The notes under the pieces were generated by a model. That model saw nothing but the letters and a program-made list of their open reading frames with translations, did no database searches and had not been told where the DNA came from. Below, piece by piece: positions 1 to 9,405 of a stretch of 34,236 bases of DNA. The first letter of the stretch is position 1, and every line of letters begins with the position of its first letter. A program made the translations under genes and the position numbers. Location of the stretch: assembly GCA_964644475.1 (NCBI GenBank), contig CAZXWT010000004.1, positions 1 through 34,236 on the forward strand. Direction: 5' to 3'. Source of the DNA: an uncultured Sediminibacterium sp. (GTDB lineage Bacteria > Bacteroidota > Bacteroidia > Chitinophagales > Chitinophagaceae).

Positions 1-1248
1 ATGAAAAAAATACAACCTCTTTTATGCTTGTCCATCTTGTTGATGGCATGTACTGCTAAAGCACAAGACAATGCTGGATTAAGATTGCCAGCTGGATTTT
101 CTGCTACTTTATTTGCTAACAACATTGGTAGTTCAAGACATATTACTATCACAAAATCAGGAGTGGTGTTCGCAAAGTTGAATGCTCCCAATAAAGATGG
201 TAAAGCTATTGTTAGATTAGAAGATGCTAATAAAGATGGTGTTGCTGATAAAATTACTGGATGGGGTAATTATGGAGGAACAGGCATTTATGTAAGAGAC
301 AATAATTTATATGCTACTTCAGATCAAGGGATCTACTTATATCAATTAAATGAAAAAGATGAAGTAGTGAATCCAACACAACCCAAAGTAATTGTTAAAG
401 ATTTGATTGATAGAAGACAACACTCTTCAAAATCTATTACCTTAGATCCACAAGGAAATATCTATGTAAACATTGGCGCTTATTCTAACGCATGTCAAGA
501 AAAAGATAGAATGCCAGGTTCAAAAGGGATGATGCCTTGTCCTATTTTAGATTCAGCTGGTGGTATCTGGAAATTTGATGGACAAAAAGAAAATCAAGTT
601 TATGGTGATGGCAAACGTTATGCTACTGGTTTAAGAAATGTAATTGGTTTAGATTGGAATACAAAAACCAACAGTTTATTTGTAACACAACATGGTAGAG
701 ATCAATTAAATTCTTTCTATCCACAATACTACAGTGATAACCAAAATGCAGAATTGCCTGCAGAAACAATGTATGAAGTGAAAGAAGGGGATGATTGTGG
801 TTGGCCTTATGTTTATTATGATCCATACCAAAAGAAAAAAATATTGTCTCCTGAATATGGCGGTGATGGTAAAAAAGAAGGGGCACCAAATGCATTAAGT
901 CCAATTGTGGCTTTCCCAGCGCATATGGCTCCAATGTCTTTATTGTTCTATAAAGGAACTCAGTTCCCTGCAAAATACCAACAAGGAGCATTCATCGCTT
1001 TTCATGGTTCATGGAATAGAGCTCCATTGCCTCAAGAAGGCTACTTTGTTGCATTTGTACCTTTTAAAGACGGCAAGCCCTCTGGTGATTGGGAGATTTT
1101 TGCAAATGGTTTTGCAGGAACAGATATTGTGACCAATCCAAGATTGGCTAAAGCAAGACCTTGTGGATTGGCAGAAGGTCCTGATGGCTCATTATATGTT
1201 TGTGATGATAACAAGGGTGCTATATTCAAAATTAGTTTCAATAAATAA
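1..1248 (+). CDS. PQQ-dependent sugar dehydrogenase (glucose/L-sorbosone dehydrogenase family), exported
   Basis: N-terminal signal peptide; family motifs LRLPAGF, YATGLRN, QHGRDQ, GWPY, FPAHMAP, AFHGSWNR, RPCGLAEGPDGSLYVCDD. Confidence 0.85.
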   Translation: MKKIQPLLCLSILLMACTAKAQDNAGLRLPAGFSATLFANNIGSSRHITITKSGVVFAKLNAPNKDGKAIVRLEDANKDGVADKITGWGNYGGTGIYVRDNNLYATSDQGIYLYQLNEKDEVVNPTQPKVIVKDLIDRRQHSSKSITLDPQGNIYVNIGAYSNACQEKDRMPGSKGMMPCPILDSAGGIWKFDGQKENQVYGDGKRYATGLRNVIGLDWNTKTNSLFVTQHGRDQLNSFYPQYYSDNQNAELPAETMYEVKEGDDCGWPYVYYDPYQKKKILSPEYGGDGKKEGAPNALSPIVAFPAHMAPMSLLFYKGTQFPAKYQQGAFIAFHGSWNRAPLPQEGYFVAFVPFKDGKPSGDWEIFANGFAGTDIVTNPRLAKARPCGLAEGPDGSLYVCDDNKGAIFKISFNK

Positions 1249-1250
1249 TT

Positions 1251-1643
1251 ATGAAATCTGTTAATGTTTTCTTCTTTGTCTTAGGACTTTTTGCTGTGAA
1301 TACTATTTCGGCACAAAACATGTCGAATGGTAAAAAGATTTATGAGACTAGATGTTTGGTTTGTCATCAAGCAGATGGTGGTGGTGTCCCTAATATGAAT
1401 GCACCACTAGATGGAGCTAGCAATGTGGTGGGTAATGATATTGCTAGAATGGTTAAAATTATCAGAGGGGGATATAACGAGAGAGTTGCCTTGGATGGCT
1501 ATTATTATAGCAATGCAATGACTGCTAATCCTGATTTAAAAGATCAAGATATAGCAGATGTACTATCCTATATCAGAAATTCTTGGTCCAACAAGGCATC
1601 AAAAGTGACGCTGGCACAAGTGCAAAAAGTTAAAAAGAAATAA
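1251..1643 (+). CDS. Monoheme class I cytochrome c, exported
   Basis: Signal peptide ending ISA-Q; heme motif CLVCH; candidate distal Met (SNAM); C-terminal IADVLSYIRNSWSN. Confidence 0.9.
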   Translation: MKSVNVFFFVLGLFAVNTISAQNMSNGKKIYETRCLVCHQADGGGVPNMNAPLDGASNVVGNDIARMVKIIRGGYNERVALDGYYYSNAMTANPDLKDQDIADVLSYIRNSWSNKASKVTLAQVQKVKKK

Positions 1644-1646
1644 ACA

Positions 1647-2777
1647 ATGAGACCTATATTATTTATTGATAGGGATGGTGTGATTTTAGAAGAACCTGCT
1701 AGCGATTTTCAAATTGATAGTATCGCTAAGACTAATTTTGTCAAAGGGGCTATTTCCAATTTAAAAAAGATTGCAGAAGATTTTGGATACTATAAAGTAA
1801 TGGTGACAAATCAGGACGGATTGGGAACTGCATCTTATCCTTTGGACAATTTTGAACCTTATCAGTCATTGATGTTAAGAACTCTTGCTAGTGAAGGTTT
1901 TGAATTTGATGAAATTTTCATAGACAAAACTTTTGCTAAAGACAATCAACCAACCAGAAAGCCAGGTACAGGTATGTTAACTGCTTTATTGAACAATGAA
2001 GCCTTTGATATAACTAACTCTTTTGTGATTGGGGATAGATGGTCTGATATTGCATTAGCGAAAAATATTGGCTGTAAAGCTATTTATTTGAAATCTCCAT
2101 TACATACATTAACAGATGAGCAAGAAACTGAGTTAAGACCCTATATTGCTTTTGAAACAGATAAATGGAATGATATTTATAGTTTCTTAAAATTAGGATT
2201 AAGAAAAGTATCCCATGAAAGAAATACTAAGGAAACTAAAATTCAAATAGAATTGAATTTAGATGGAAATGGTAATGCATCTATTGAAACGGGTTTAGGT
2301 TTTTTTGATCATATGTTAGATCAAATAGCTAGACATGGTGGTTTGGATTTAACAGTGCGTTGTCAGGGAGATTTGCATATTGACGAACACCATACAATTG
2401 AAGATGTTGGTATTGCACTCGGTGAAGCATTTGCTAAAGGTTTATTGGATAAAAGAGGCATGGAGCGTTATGGATTTGCCTTGCCAATGGATGAAGCAGA
2501 AGCCAAAGTATTAATCGATTTTGGAGGAAGAAATTGGTTGGTTTGGGATGCTAGTTTTAAAAGAGAAAAAATTGGTGAAATGCCTACAGAAATGTTTTTC
2601 CATTTCTTTAAATCTTTTAGCGATGCAGCCAAAGCCAATGTCAATATCAGTTGTCAGGGAGATAATGAGCATCATAAAATCGAAGCCATTTTTAAAGCAT
2701 TCGCCAAAGCCATTAAGATGGCTGTGAAAAGAAATCCTTATAGTGATGCTCTTCCAAGTACCAAAGGGGTTCTTTAA
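1647..2777 (+). CDS. hisB: Bifunctional histidinol-phosphatase / imidazoleglycerol-phosphate dehydratase
   Basis: HAD motif FIDRDG, TNQDGLG, RKPGTGM, IGDR; IGPD motifs GFFDHML, DEHHTIED, NEHHKIEA, PSTKG. Confidence 0.97.
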   Translation: MRPILFIDRDGVILEEPASDFQIDSIAKTNFVKGAISNLKKIAEDFGYYKVMVTNQDGLGTASYPLDNFEPYQSLMLRTLASEGFEFDEIFIDKTFAKDNQPTRKPGTGMLTALLNNEAFDITNSFVIGDRWSDIALAKNIGCKAIYLKSPLHTLTDEQETELRPYIAFETDKWNDIYSFLKLGLRKVSHERNTKETKIQIELNLDGNGNASIETGLGFFDHMLDQIARHGGLDLTVRCQGDLHIDEHHTIEDVGIALGEAFAKGLLDKRGMERYGFALPMDEAEAKVLIDFGGRNWLVWDASFKREKIGEMPTEMFFHFFKSFSDAAKANVNISCQGDNEHHKIEAIFKAFAKAIKMAVKRNPYSDALPSTKGVL

Positions 2778-2809
2778 GTGCTAACGGCTGGTAGGAATTT
2801 AAATTTTTC

Positions 2810-2831
2810 AAGGGTTTTTTAACCTTTTTTT
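2810..2831 (+). terminator. Possible weak intrinsic terminator after hisB
   Basis: AAGGGTT-tttt-AACCTTT: 7-bp stem with one G:U and only two G:C pairs, followed by a short T run. Confidence 0.25.
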
Positions 2832-2861
2832 GGTATCGAAAGGGTAAAATGAGTAAATTTG
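2829..2861 (+). promoter_or_regulatory. Bacteroidota housekeeping promoter for the trp leader/operon
   Basis: TTTG (2829-2832), 21-nt spacer, TAAATTTG (2854-2861); matches the -33 TTTG / -7 TAnnTTTG consensus. Confidence 0.75.
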
Positions 2862-2868
2862 CTTTGCA

Positions 2869-2925
2869 ATGAAAACAATAAACAATTTTTGGTGGTGGCA
2901 TACAAACTCCGTTGGGGTATTGTAA
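2869..2925 (+). CDS. trpL: trp operon leader peptide, 18 aa MKTINNFWWWHTNSVGVL (absent from the ORF track)
   Basis: ATG at 2869, three tandem TGG at 2890-2898, CAT (His) at 2899-2901, TAA at 2923-2925; lies directly upstream of a terminator and trpE. Confidence 0.9.
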   Translation: MKTINNFWWWHTNSVGVL

Positions 2926-2989
2926 TGACATAGCCATTATTGTCAAAATATACATAAACCCCGACAGCATTGTCGGGGTTTATTTTTTT
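2901..2989 (+). promoter_or_regulatory. Ribosome-mediated transcription attenuator (protector / antiterminator / terminator)
   Basis: Protector: TACAA-ACTCC (2901-2910) pairs with GGGGT-A-TTGTA (2914-2924). Antiterminator: GTTGGGGT (2911-2918) pairs with ACCCCGAC (2958-2965), with inner helices TGTA/TACA and TGACA/TGTCA. It is mutually exclusive with the terminator. Confidence 0.85.
2954..2989 (+). terminator. Attenuator intrinsic terminator
   Basis: Perfect 13-bp stem ATAAACCCCGACA-gcat-TGTCGGGGTTTAT followed by TTTTTT. Confidence 0.93.
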
Positions 2990-3010
2990 AATGATCAAAT
3001 AGGAATTGGA

Positions 3011-4417
3011 ATGCAAAAAATGAAGATACATACAGAAGTCAAGAAGATACTGGCAGATACTTATACGCCAGTGGGGATTTATTTAAGATTAAGAGATCGA
3101 TTTAGGGATACGGTTTTATTAGAAAGTACCGACTCTCATGCTTCTGAAAACAGTTATTCTTTTATTGGAGTAAATGCCATTGGAGGAATAGAGATTTCTT
3201 CGATGAACGAAATTGAATACAAGTATCCCAATCAAGAGCCCATCAAAGAAACCATCCAACATGTTCAAGCAGCTCCTGATAGAATTTGGGCCTATATGCA
3301 AGAATATGCCATGACCAGTTCAAACAAAGAAGCACAGTTCGCCCAAGGCTTATACGGTTACACAGCTTATGACGCAATTCCATTTTTTGATACCATCCAA
3401 TTTAAAGAAGGTGCTCCAGTGATCCCATTGATGCGTTATAGATTGTATCAATATGTTTTAGCATTTAACCATTTCAAAGATGAATTATATATCTGTGAAA
3501 ATAAATTGGAAGGAATAGATTCTGAATTAGATGCTTTAGTGGGTTATATCAAAAGCAAAGACGTTCCTCAATATCCATTTAGTTTGGTAGGCAATGAAAG
3601 TTCTAACCAAACAGATGATCAATATAGAAAGGCGGTTGAAAAAGGGATTCAACATTGTATGAGAGGAGATGTATTTCAGATTGTATTGAGTAGAAGATTC
3701 CAACAATCTTTTAAAGGAGACGAATTCAATGTGTATAGATCTTTAAGAAATATCAATCCTTCACCTTATTTATTCTTCTTTGATTATGGTGATTATAAGT
3801 TGATGGGTTCTTCTCCAGAGGCACAAATTATTATAAATAATGGCAAAGCAGTGGTGCATCCTATTGCAGGGACTTTCAAACGTACCGGTGATGAAGCTCA
3901 AGATGCAGCAATGACGCAAAAATTACTAGAAGATCCAAAAGAGAATGCAGAACATGTAATGTTAGTAGATTTAGCGAGAAATGATTTGAGTAGAGTGTGT
4001 ACTGAGGTAAGAGTAAAAGAATATAGACAGGTGCATTATTATAGCCATGTAATACATTTAGTAAGTGAGGTAGAAGGAAAAGTGGCTGAAGGCGCTAATC
4101 CATTTCATTTAATTGCCAAGACATTCCCTGCAGGTACTTTAAGTGGCGCTCCAAAGTTTAAAGCAATGCAATTGATTGATGCTATTGAGCCAACTAAGCG
4201 ATCTTATTATGGTGGCTGTATTGGTTTTGTGGGTTTTAATGGCACTTGTAATCAGGCCATCATGATCAGAACATTTTTGAGCAGCCAAAATACCTTAACC
4301 TATCAAGCAGGTGCAGGTGTTGTAGCGGCAAGTGTTCCTGAAAGTGAATTGCAAGAAGTGAACAACAAATTGAATGCATTGAAAAATGCGATGGTACTTG
4401 CCCAAAATATACATTAA
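3011..4417 (+). CDS. trpE: Anthranilate synthase component I
   Basis: LADTYTP, LLES, GDVFQIVLS, NPSPYLF, SSPE, PIAGT, KENAEHVMLVDLARND, FPAGTLSGAPK, QAGAGVV. Start moved to ATG 3011 (3020 also possible) because the track's TTG at 2912 lies inside the attenuator. Confidence 0.95.
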   Translation: MQKMKIHTEVKKILADTYTPVGIYLRLRDRFRDTVLLESTDSHASENSYSFIGVNAIGGIEISSMNEIEYKYPNQEPIKETIQHVQAAPDRIWAYMQEYAMTSSNKEAQFAQGLYGYTAYDAIPFFDTIQFKEGAPVIPLMRYRLYQYVLAFNHFKDELYICENKLEGIDSELDALVGYIKSKDVPQYPFSLVGNESSNQTDDQYRKAVEKGIQHCMRGDVFQIVLSRRFQQSFKGDEFNVYRSLRNINPSPYLFFFDYGDYKLMGSSPEAQIIINNGKAVVHPIAGTFKRTGDEAQDAAMTQKLLEDPKENAEHVMLVDLARNDLSRVCTEVRVKEYRQVHYYSHVIHLVSEVEGKVAEGANPFHLIAKTFPAGTLSGAPKFKAMQLIDAIEPTKRSYYGGCIGFVGFNGTCNQAIMIRTFLSSQNTLTYQAGAGVVAASVPESELQEVNNKLNALKNAMVLAQNIH

Positions 4418-4436
4418 TTAAAGAGAAAAAGAGATA

Positions 4437-5003
4437 ATGAAAATATTAGTTTTTGATAATTATGATTCCTTTACGTACAATTTGGTCCAAATGATCAAAG
4501 AGTTGACTACTGCTTCAGTGGATGTATTTAGGAATGATGAAATAGCATTAGAAGAAATAAAAAATTACGATAAGATTTTATTATCACCTGGTCCTGGCAT
4601 TCCTTCTGAGTCTGGTTTATTGTTACCATTGATCAAAGAATATGCAGCTACTAAATCTATTTTTGGTGTTTGCTTAGGACAGCAAGCCATTGCAGAAGCT
4701 TTTGGTGGCAGCTTAAGCAATTTGAGTAAAGTGTATCATGGTATTGCTACAGATGTTCAAGTAATTAAAGACTCTGTATTATTTGAAGGATTACCTAAAC
4801 AATTTAAAGTGGGAAGGTATCATAGTTGGGTAGTGAATGAAAAAGATTTGCCCAAAGAATTAGTCATTACGTCTAAAGACGAAGAAGGGTATATTATGTC
4901 GTTAGAGCATGCTAGTTTAGATGTAAAGGGAGTGCAGTATCATCCAGAAAGCGTATTGACTCCAGAGGGTGTGAAGATTATTACTAATTGGTTGAAAAAT
5001 TAA
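4437..5003 (+). CDS. trpG: Anthranilate synthase component II (glutamine amidotransferase)
   Basis: DNYDSFTYNL, SPGPG, GVCLGQQ, RYHS, QYHPES. Confidence 0.95.
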   Translation: MKILVFDNYDSFTYNLVQMIKELTTASVDVFRNDEIALEEIKNYDKILLSPGPGIPSESGLLLPLIKEYAATKSIFGVCLGQQAIAEAFGGSLSNLSKVYHGIATDVQVIKDSVLFEGLPKQFKVGRYHSWVVNEKDLPKELVITSKDEEGYIMSLEHASLDVKGVQYHPESVLTPEGVKIITNWLKN

Positions 5004-5021
5004 ACATCAGAAAAGTTTACA

Positions 5022-6014
5022 ATGAAAAAGATATTACAATATTTATTTGAACACAAAACCTTAAGCCGTGAAGAAGCTAAAGAGATTTTGATTCAAATTT
5101 CGGAAGGCCAATATTCAGAACATGAAGTTACTTCTTTTGTGACCGTGTTCTTAATGCGTAGTATTACTATTCAGGAATTAATGGGTTTTAGAGATGCATT
5201 ACTTTCATTAGCAGTTAGAGTAAATCTAGGAGCAGATGACGCCATAGATATTGTGGGGACAGGGGGAGATGGAAAAGACACTTTCAATATTTCCACTTTA
5301 GCATGTTTTATTGTAGCTGGGACAGGTCAAAAAGTGATCAAGCATGGTAATTATGGTGCATCTAGTGTGAGTGGTGCATCAAATGTGATGGAGAAGATGG
5401 GTTATATATTCAAGAATGAAGAAGCAAGTTTGACAAATGAAGTAAAAGAAGCGGGTATCTGTTTTTTACATGCGCCTTTATTTCATCCTGCATTAAAAGC
5501 AGTGGGTCCTATGCGAAAAAATATTGGTGTAAGAACCTTCTTTAATATGTTAGGTCCTATTGTTAATCCAGCTCAACCTAAGTATCAATTAATTGGGGTG
5601 TATAATGTAGAGATGGCAAGAATTTATAATTATGTGCTTCAATCTTTAGAAAAAGATTTCACTTTAATTCATAGCATGGATGGCTATGACGAAATCTCTT
5701 TAACTGCAGACACCAAAGTGGTGACGAATAAAGGTGAATTTGTTAAATCACCCATCGAATTGGCTAATATAAAATTAACACAGGAGTCTTTACATGGAGG
5801 TGATACAGTAGATGCGGCAGCTGCTATATTTAAAAATATTCTAGAGGGTAAAGGTACAGAAGCGCAAAATGCAGTAGTCTTAGCTAATGCAGCGATGGCT
5901 TTAATGGTAACAGGTAAATATGAACAATACGAAGCAGCATTTGCAGCAGCTGAAACAAGTTTAAAAACTGGAGCAGCAAATAAAGCTTTGCAAAAATTAA
6001 TTAGCCTACAATGA
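5022..6014 (+). CDS. trpD: Anthranilate phosphoribosyltransferase
   Basis: DIVGTGGDG, FNIST, KHGN, RTFFNMLGP, DGYDE. Confidence 0.96.
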   Translation: MKKILQYLFEHKTLSREEAKEILIQISEGQYSEHEVTSFVTVFLMRSITIQELMGFRDALLSLAVRVNLGADDAIDIVGTGGDGKDTFNISTLACFIVAGTGQKVIKHGNYGASSVSGASNVMEKMGYIFKNEEASLTNEVKEAGICFLHAPLFHPALKAVGPMRKNIGVRTFFNMLGPIVNPAQPKYQLIGVYNVEMARIYNYVLQSLEKDFTLIHSMDGYDEISLTADTKVVTNKGEFVKSPIELANIKLTQESLHGGDTVDAAAAIFKNILEGKGTEAQNAVVLANAAMALMVTGKYEQYEAAFAAAETSLKTGAANKALQKLISLQ

Positions 6015-6793
6015 GTAAAAATATTTTAGATACCATTATTGAATACAAGCACATTGAAGTAGCTGAAAGAAAAAAAGCTATTAGTGTGAGTGCATTAGAA
6101 GCCATGCCTTTGTTTGAACAAAAACCAGCTTCTTTAAAAGCGTCTATTCAATCGCTTGGCAAAACAGGTATCATCGCTGAATTTAAAAGACAATCACCTT
6201 CTAAGGGGGTTATTAATGCAAATGCTTCTGTAGCAGAAGTGACAAAAGCCTACGAGCAATTTGGTGCATCTGGGATTTCTGTTTTAACAGATAAAGAATT
6301 TTTTGGTGGTGATTTAGAAGACCTGACCATAGCTGTTCAAAGAACTATTCCAGTATTAAGAAAAGAATTTATTGTAGATGAGTTTCAAATTATGGAAGCA
6401 AAAGCTTATGGTGCATCTGTGATATTACTTATTGCGGCATGTTTAAGTCCTGTGCAAGTAAAGCAATTTTCTACTACAGCTAAATCTTTGGGTTTGGAAG
6501 TATTATTAGAATTACATGACGAAACCGAATTAGATCATATTTGCGATGCAGTAGATTTAGTAGGTATTAATAACAGAAGCTTAAAATCTTTCGAGGTAAA
6601 TATTGAACATAGTTTGCAATTGAAAAATAAATTACCTAAAGAGAAATTGAGTATTGCAGAAAGTGGCATATATGATGTAGAAACATTTAAAACTTTGAAA
6701 AAAGAAGGCTTTGATGGTTTTTTAATGGGTGAGTATTTTATGAAACAAGAAAATCCGGCAAAAGCTTTTGAGGCATTTACTCAATTGATATAA
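6011..6793 (+). CDS. trpC: Indole-3-glycerol phosphate synthase
   Basis: IIAEFKRQSPSKG, SVLTD, LRKEFI, GINNR, AESGI; ATGA overlap with trpD. Confidence 0.96.
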   Translation: MSKNILDTIIEYKHIEVAERKKAISVSALEAMPLFEQKPASLKASIQSLGKTGIIAEFKRQSPSKGVINANASVAEVTKAYEQFGASGISVLTDKEFFGGDLEDLTIAVQRTIPVLRKEFIVDEFQIMEAKAYGASVILLIAACLSPVQVKQFSTTAKSLGLEVLLELHDETELDHICDAVDLVGINNRSLKSFEVNIEHSLQLKNKLPKEKLSIAESGIYDVETFKTLKKEGFDGFLMGEYFMKQENPAKAFEAFTQLI

Positions 6794-6803
6794 AATAATA
6801 AAG

Positions 6804-7430
6804 ATGCAAACTAAAGTATGTGGCATAACAAGTATAGAGCAAGCTCAGGCATTAGATGTCATGGGAGTAGACTATATTGGCTTTATATTTTATGCACCTT
6901 CCAAGAGATATGTTTTGAATAGCTTAAGTTTGGAAGCATTGGCGAGTTTTGTACCAACTACTGCTAAAAAAGTGGGGGTATTTGTAAATGAACCAATTGA
7001 AAATGTATTTAAAATTGTAGCAGCAGCTAAATTGGATATGGTTCAGTTGCATGGAGACGAGGATTTGCATTATTGTGAACAAGTTAAAGAAGCAATACCG
7101 GTCATTAAAGTTTTTAGAGTAGGGGCCTTGGTGCCGAAAATGGAGGGTTTCGAAAATGCGGCTAATTACTTTTTATTTGATACAGATAGTGCATTATATG
7201 GTGGCACTGGAAATCATTTTAATTGGGAGATTATTAAAAACCATTCAATCTCCTTGCCTTTTTTCTTAAGTGGTGGAATTGGCCCAAATGATATCAAAGG
7301 TATAGAAGTGATGAAAGCAACCAAAGCAGGAAAACAATTATTAGCAGTTGACTTGAATAGTCAATTTGAAACTGCGCCAGGAATAAAAGATTTAGAAAAA
7401 GTTAAAACATTTATACATGCAATTATTTGA
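6804..7430 (+). CDS. trpF: Phosphoribosylanthranilate isomerase
   Basis: KVCGIT, GFIF..PSKR, VGVFVN, VQLHGDE, FDT...GGTG, LSGGI, PGIKD. Confidence 0.95.
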   Translation: MQTKVCGITSIEQAQALDVMGVDYIGFIFYAPSKRYVLNSLSLEALASFVPTTAKKVGVFVNEPIENVFKIVAAAKLDMVQLHGDEDLHYCEQVKEAIPVIKVFRVGALVPKMEGFENAANYFLFDTDSALYGGTGNHFNWEIIKNHSISLPFFLSGGIGPNDIKGIEVMKATKAGKQLLAVDLNSQFETAPGIKDLEKVKTFIHAII

Positions 7431-8622
7431 CACAGCAGCGAATTATCAGCAACCCAATGAAGAAGGTTATTATGGAGAATATGGCGGTGCCTATATTCCA
7501 GAAATGTTGTACGGTAATGTAGAAGAGCTTAAAAATAAGTACTTGGAGATCATGAAAGATCCTGGTTTTCAAGCAGAATTCCATGCTTTATTGAAAGACT
7601 ATGTAGGTAGGCCAACTCCTTTATTTTTGGCGGAAAGATTAAGTAAGGAAATAGGTGCTACCATTTATTTAAAAAGAGAAGATCTATGTCATACTGGCGC
7701 GCATAAAATTAATAACACCATTGGTCAAATTTTATTGGCACAGCGTTTAGGTAAAACAAAGATTATTGCAGAGACGGGTGCTGGTCAACATGGAGTTGCT
7801 ACTGCTACAGTATGTGCTTTAAAAGGATTGGAATGTGTTGTCTACATGGGAGAGAAAGATATTGAGCGTCAGGCACCCAATGTGGCTAGAATGAAATTAT
7901 TAGGAGCTAAAGTAGTTCCTGCGACTAGTGGAAGCAAAACTTTAAAAGATGCTACCAATGAAGCTATTCGTGCTTGGATAAATGAACCAGACACAACACA
8001 TTATATTATCGGAAGTGTGGTAGGACCTCATCCATACCCAGATATGGTGGCTAAATTTCAAAGTGTTATCAGCGAAGAAACTAGAAAACAATTAAAAGAA
8101 AAAACTGGTTCTGAATTACCTACTCATGTGGTTGCTTGTGTAGGAGGAGGAAGCAATGCTGCTGGAGCATTTTATCATTTCTTAAATGAACCTACAGTAG
8201 AAATAGTTGCAGTGGAAGCAGCTGGACATGGTGTGCAATCTGGAATGAGTGCTGCAACAACTCAATTGGGCACTACAGGTATTTTGCATGGCAGCAAAAG
8301 TATATTGATGCAAACAAAGGACGGACAAGTAGTCGAGCCCCATAGTATAAGTGCTGGATTGGATTATCCTGGCATTGGACCATTGCATGCGTATTTATTT
8401 AAATCAGGTAGAGGGACATTCACCAATGCAACAGATGAAGAAGCGTTAGAGTGGGCTTCTCATTTGTCCAAAATTGAAGGTATTATACCTGCATTAGAAA
8501 CTGCACATGCTTTTGCCGTTTTGCCTAAATTGAATTTGAAGCCAACTGATGTGGTAGTAGTATGTTTGAGTGGAAGAGGTGATAAAGATCTAGCTACTTA
8601 TATGTCTAATATAAAAATGTAA
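7417..8622 (+). CDS. trpB: Tryptophan synthase beta chain
   Basis: [16 protein letters not shown] (PLP Lys), [33 protein letters not shown]; 14-nt overlap with trpF. Confidence 0.98.
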   Translation: MQLFDTAANYQQPNEEGYYGEYGGAYIPEMLYGNVEELKNKYLEIMKDPGFQAEFHALLKDYVGRPTPLFLAERLSKEIGATIYLKREDLCHTGAHKINNTIGQILLAQRLGKTKIIAETGAGQHGVATATVCALKGLECVVYMGEKDIERQAPNVARMKLLGAKVVPATSGSKTLKDATNEAIRAWINEPDTTHYIIGSVVGPHPYPDMVAKFQSVISEETRKQLKEKTGSELPTHVVACVGGGSNAAGAFYHFLNEPTVEIVAVEAAGHGVQSGMSAATTQLGTTGILHGSKSILMQTKDGQVVEPHSISAGLDYPGIGPLHAYLFKSGRGTFTNATDEEALEWASHLSKIEGIIPALETAHAFAVLPKLNLKPTDVVVVCLSGRGDKDLATYMSNIKM

Positions 8623-8631
8623 ACGAATTAT

Positions 8632-9402
8632 ATGTCAAGATTATCAAGCTTATTTAATAAAAAGAATGCACGCGTATTGAATGTGTATTGCACTGCTGGA
8701 TTCCCTAAGTTAAATAGTACATTGGAAGTAATGGAGTCTTTACAAGCGAATGGTGCTGATATTATTGAAGTGGGTATGCCTTATAGCGATCCATTGGCGG
8801 ATGGAGAAGTGATTCAATCAAGTAGTTTAGTGGCATTAGAAAACGGAATGACTTTAGAAATTTTATTTGAGCATTTAGCTGAAATGAGAAAAACCATTCA
8901 AGTGCCTGTTATTTTAATGGGTTATATGAATCCTATTTTACAATATGGATTTGAGCGTTTTTGTGCAGCAGCCAAAGCAGTGGGAGTGGATGGTTTGATA
9001 TTACCCGATTTGCCTTTATACGAATTTGAGCATATTTATGGAGCAACCATAAAAGCCAATGATTTAGATTTTATATTCTTAGTGACACCAGAAACATCTG
9101 AGGAAAGATTAAGAAAATTAGATGCATTAAGTTCTGGATTCATTTATGCAGTAAGTTCTTCTGCTACCACAGGAAAGGACAAAGATTTTTCTAAAGTGGC
9201 ATTGTATTTGAAAAGATTGAAAGCATTTAATTTAAAAAATCCATTTTTAGTAGGATTTGGTATTAAGGATAAAGAAAGCTTTGATGCAGTAAATGAATAT
9301 GCCAATGGAGCAATTATTGGATCTGCTTATATCAAGGCATTAAATAAAGGAGATGATATCAATACTACTACAAAAACATTTTTAGCCTCCATTTTGAATT
9401 AA
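8632..9402 (+). CDS. trpA: Tryptophan synthase alpha chain
   Basis: IEVGMPYSDPLADGEVIQ, LMGYMNP, GLILPDLP, VGFGI, IIGSA. Confidence 0.97.
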   Translation: MSRLSSLFNKKNARVLNVYCTAGFPKLNSTLEVMESLQANGADIIEVGMPYSDPLADGEVIQSSSLVALENGMTLEILFEHLAEMRKTIQVPVILMGYMNPILQYGFERFCAAAKAVGVDGLILPDLPLYEFEHIYGATIKANDLDFIFLVTPETSEERLRKLDALSSGFIYAVSSSATTGKDKDFSKVALYLKRLKAFNLKNPFLVGFGIKDKESFDAVNEYANGAIIGSAYIKALNKGDDINTTTKTFLASILN

Positions 9403-9405
9403 ACT

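Noticed and set aside
2925-2933. Mini-ORF ATG ACA TAG overlapping the leader stop
   Set aside because: Two codons long and explained by the TGACA stem arm; no evidence of function.
2912-3010. Track's N-terminal extension of trpE from TTG 2912
   Set aside because: It starts inside the leader and crosses the terminator; TrpE-like sequence begins only near ATG 3011/3020. The open frame is kept only as a frameshift hypothesis.
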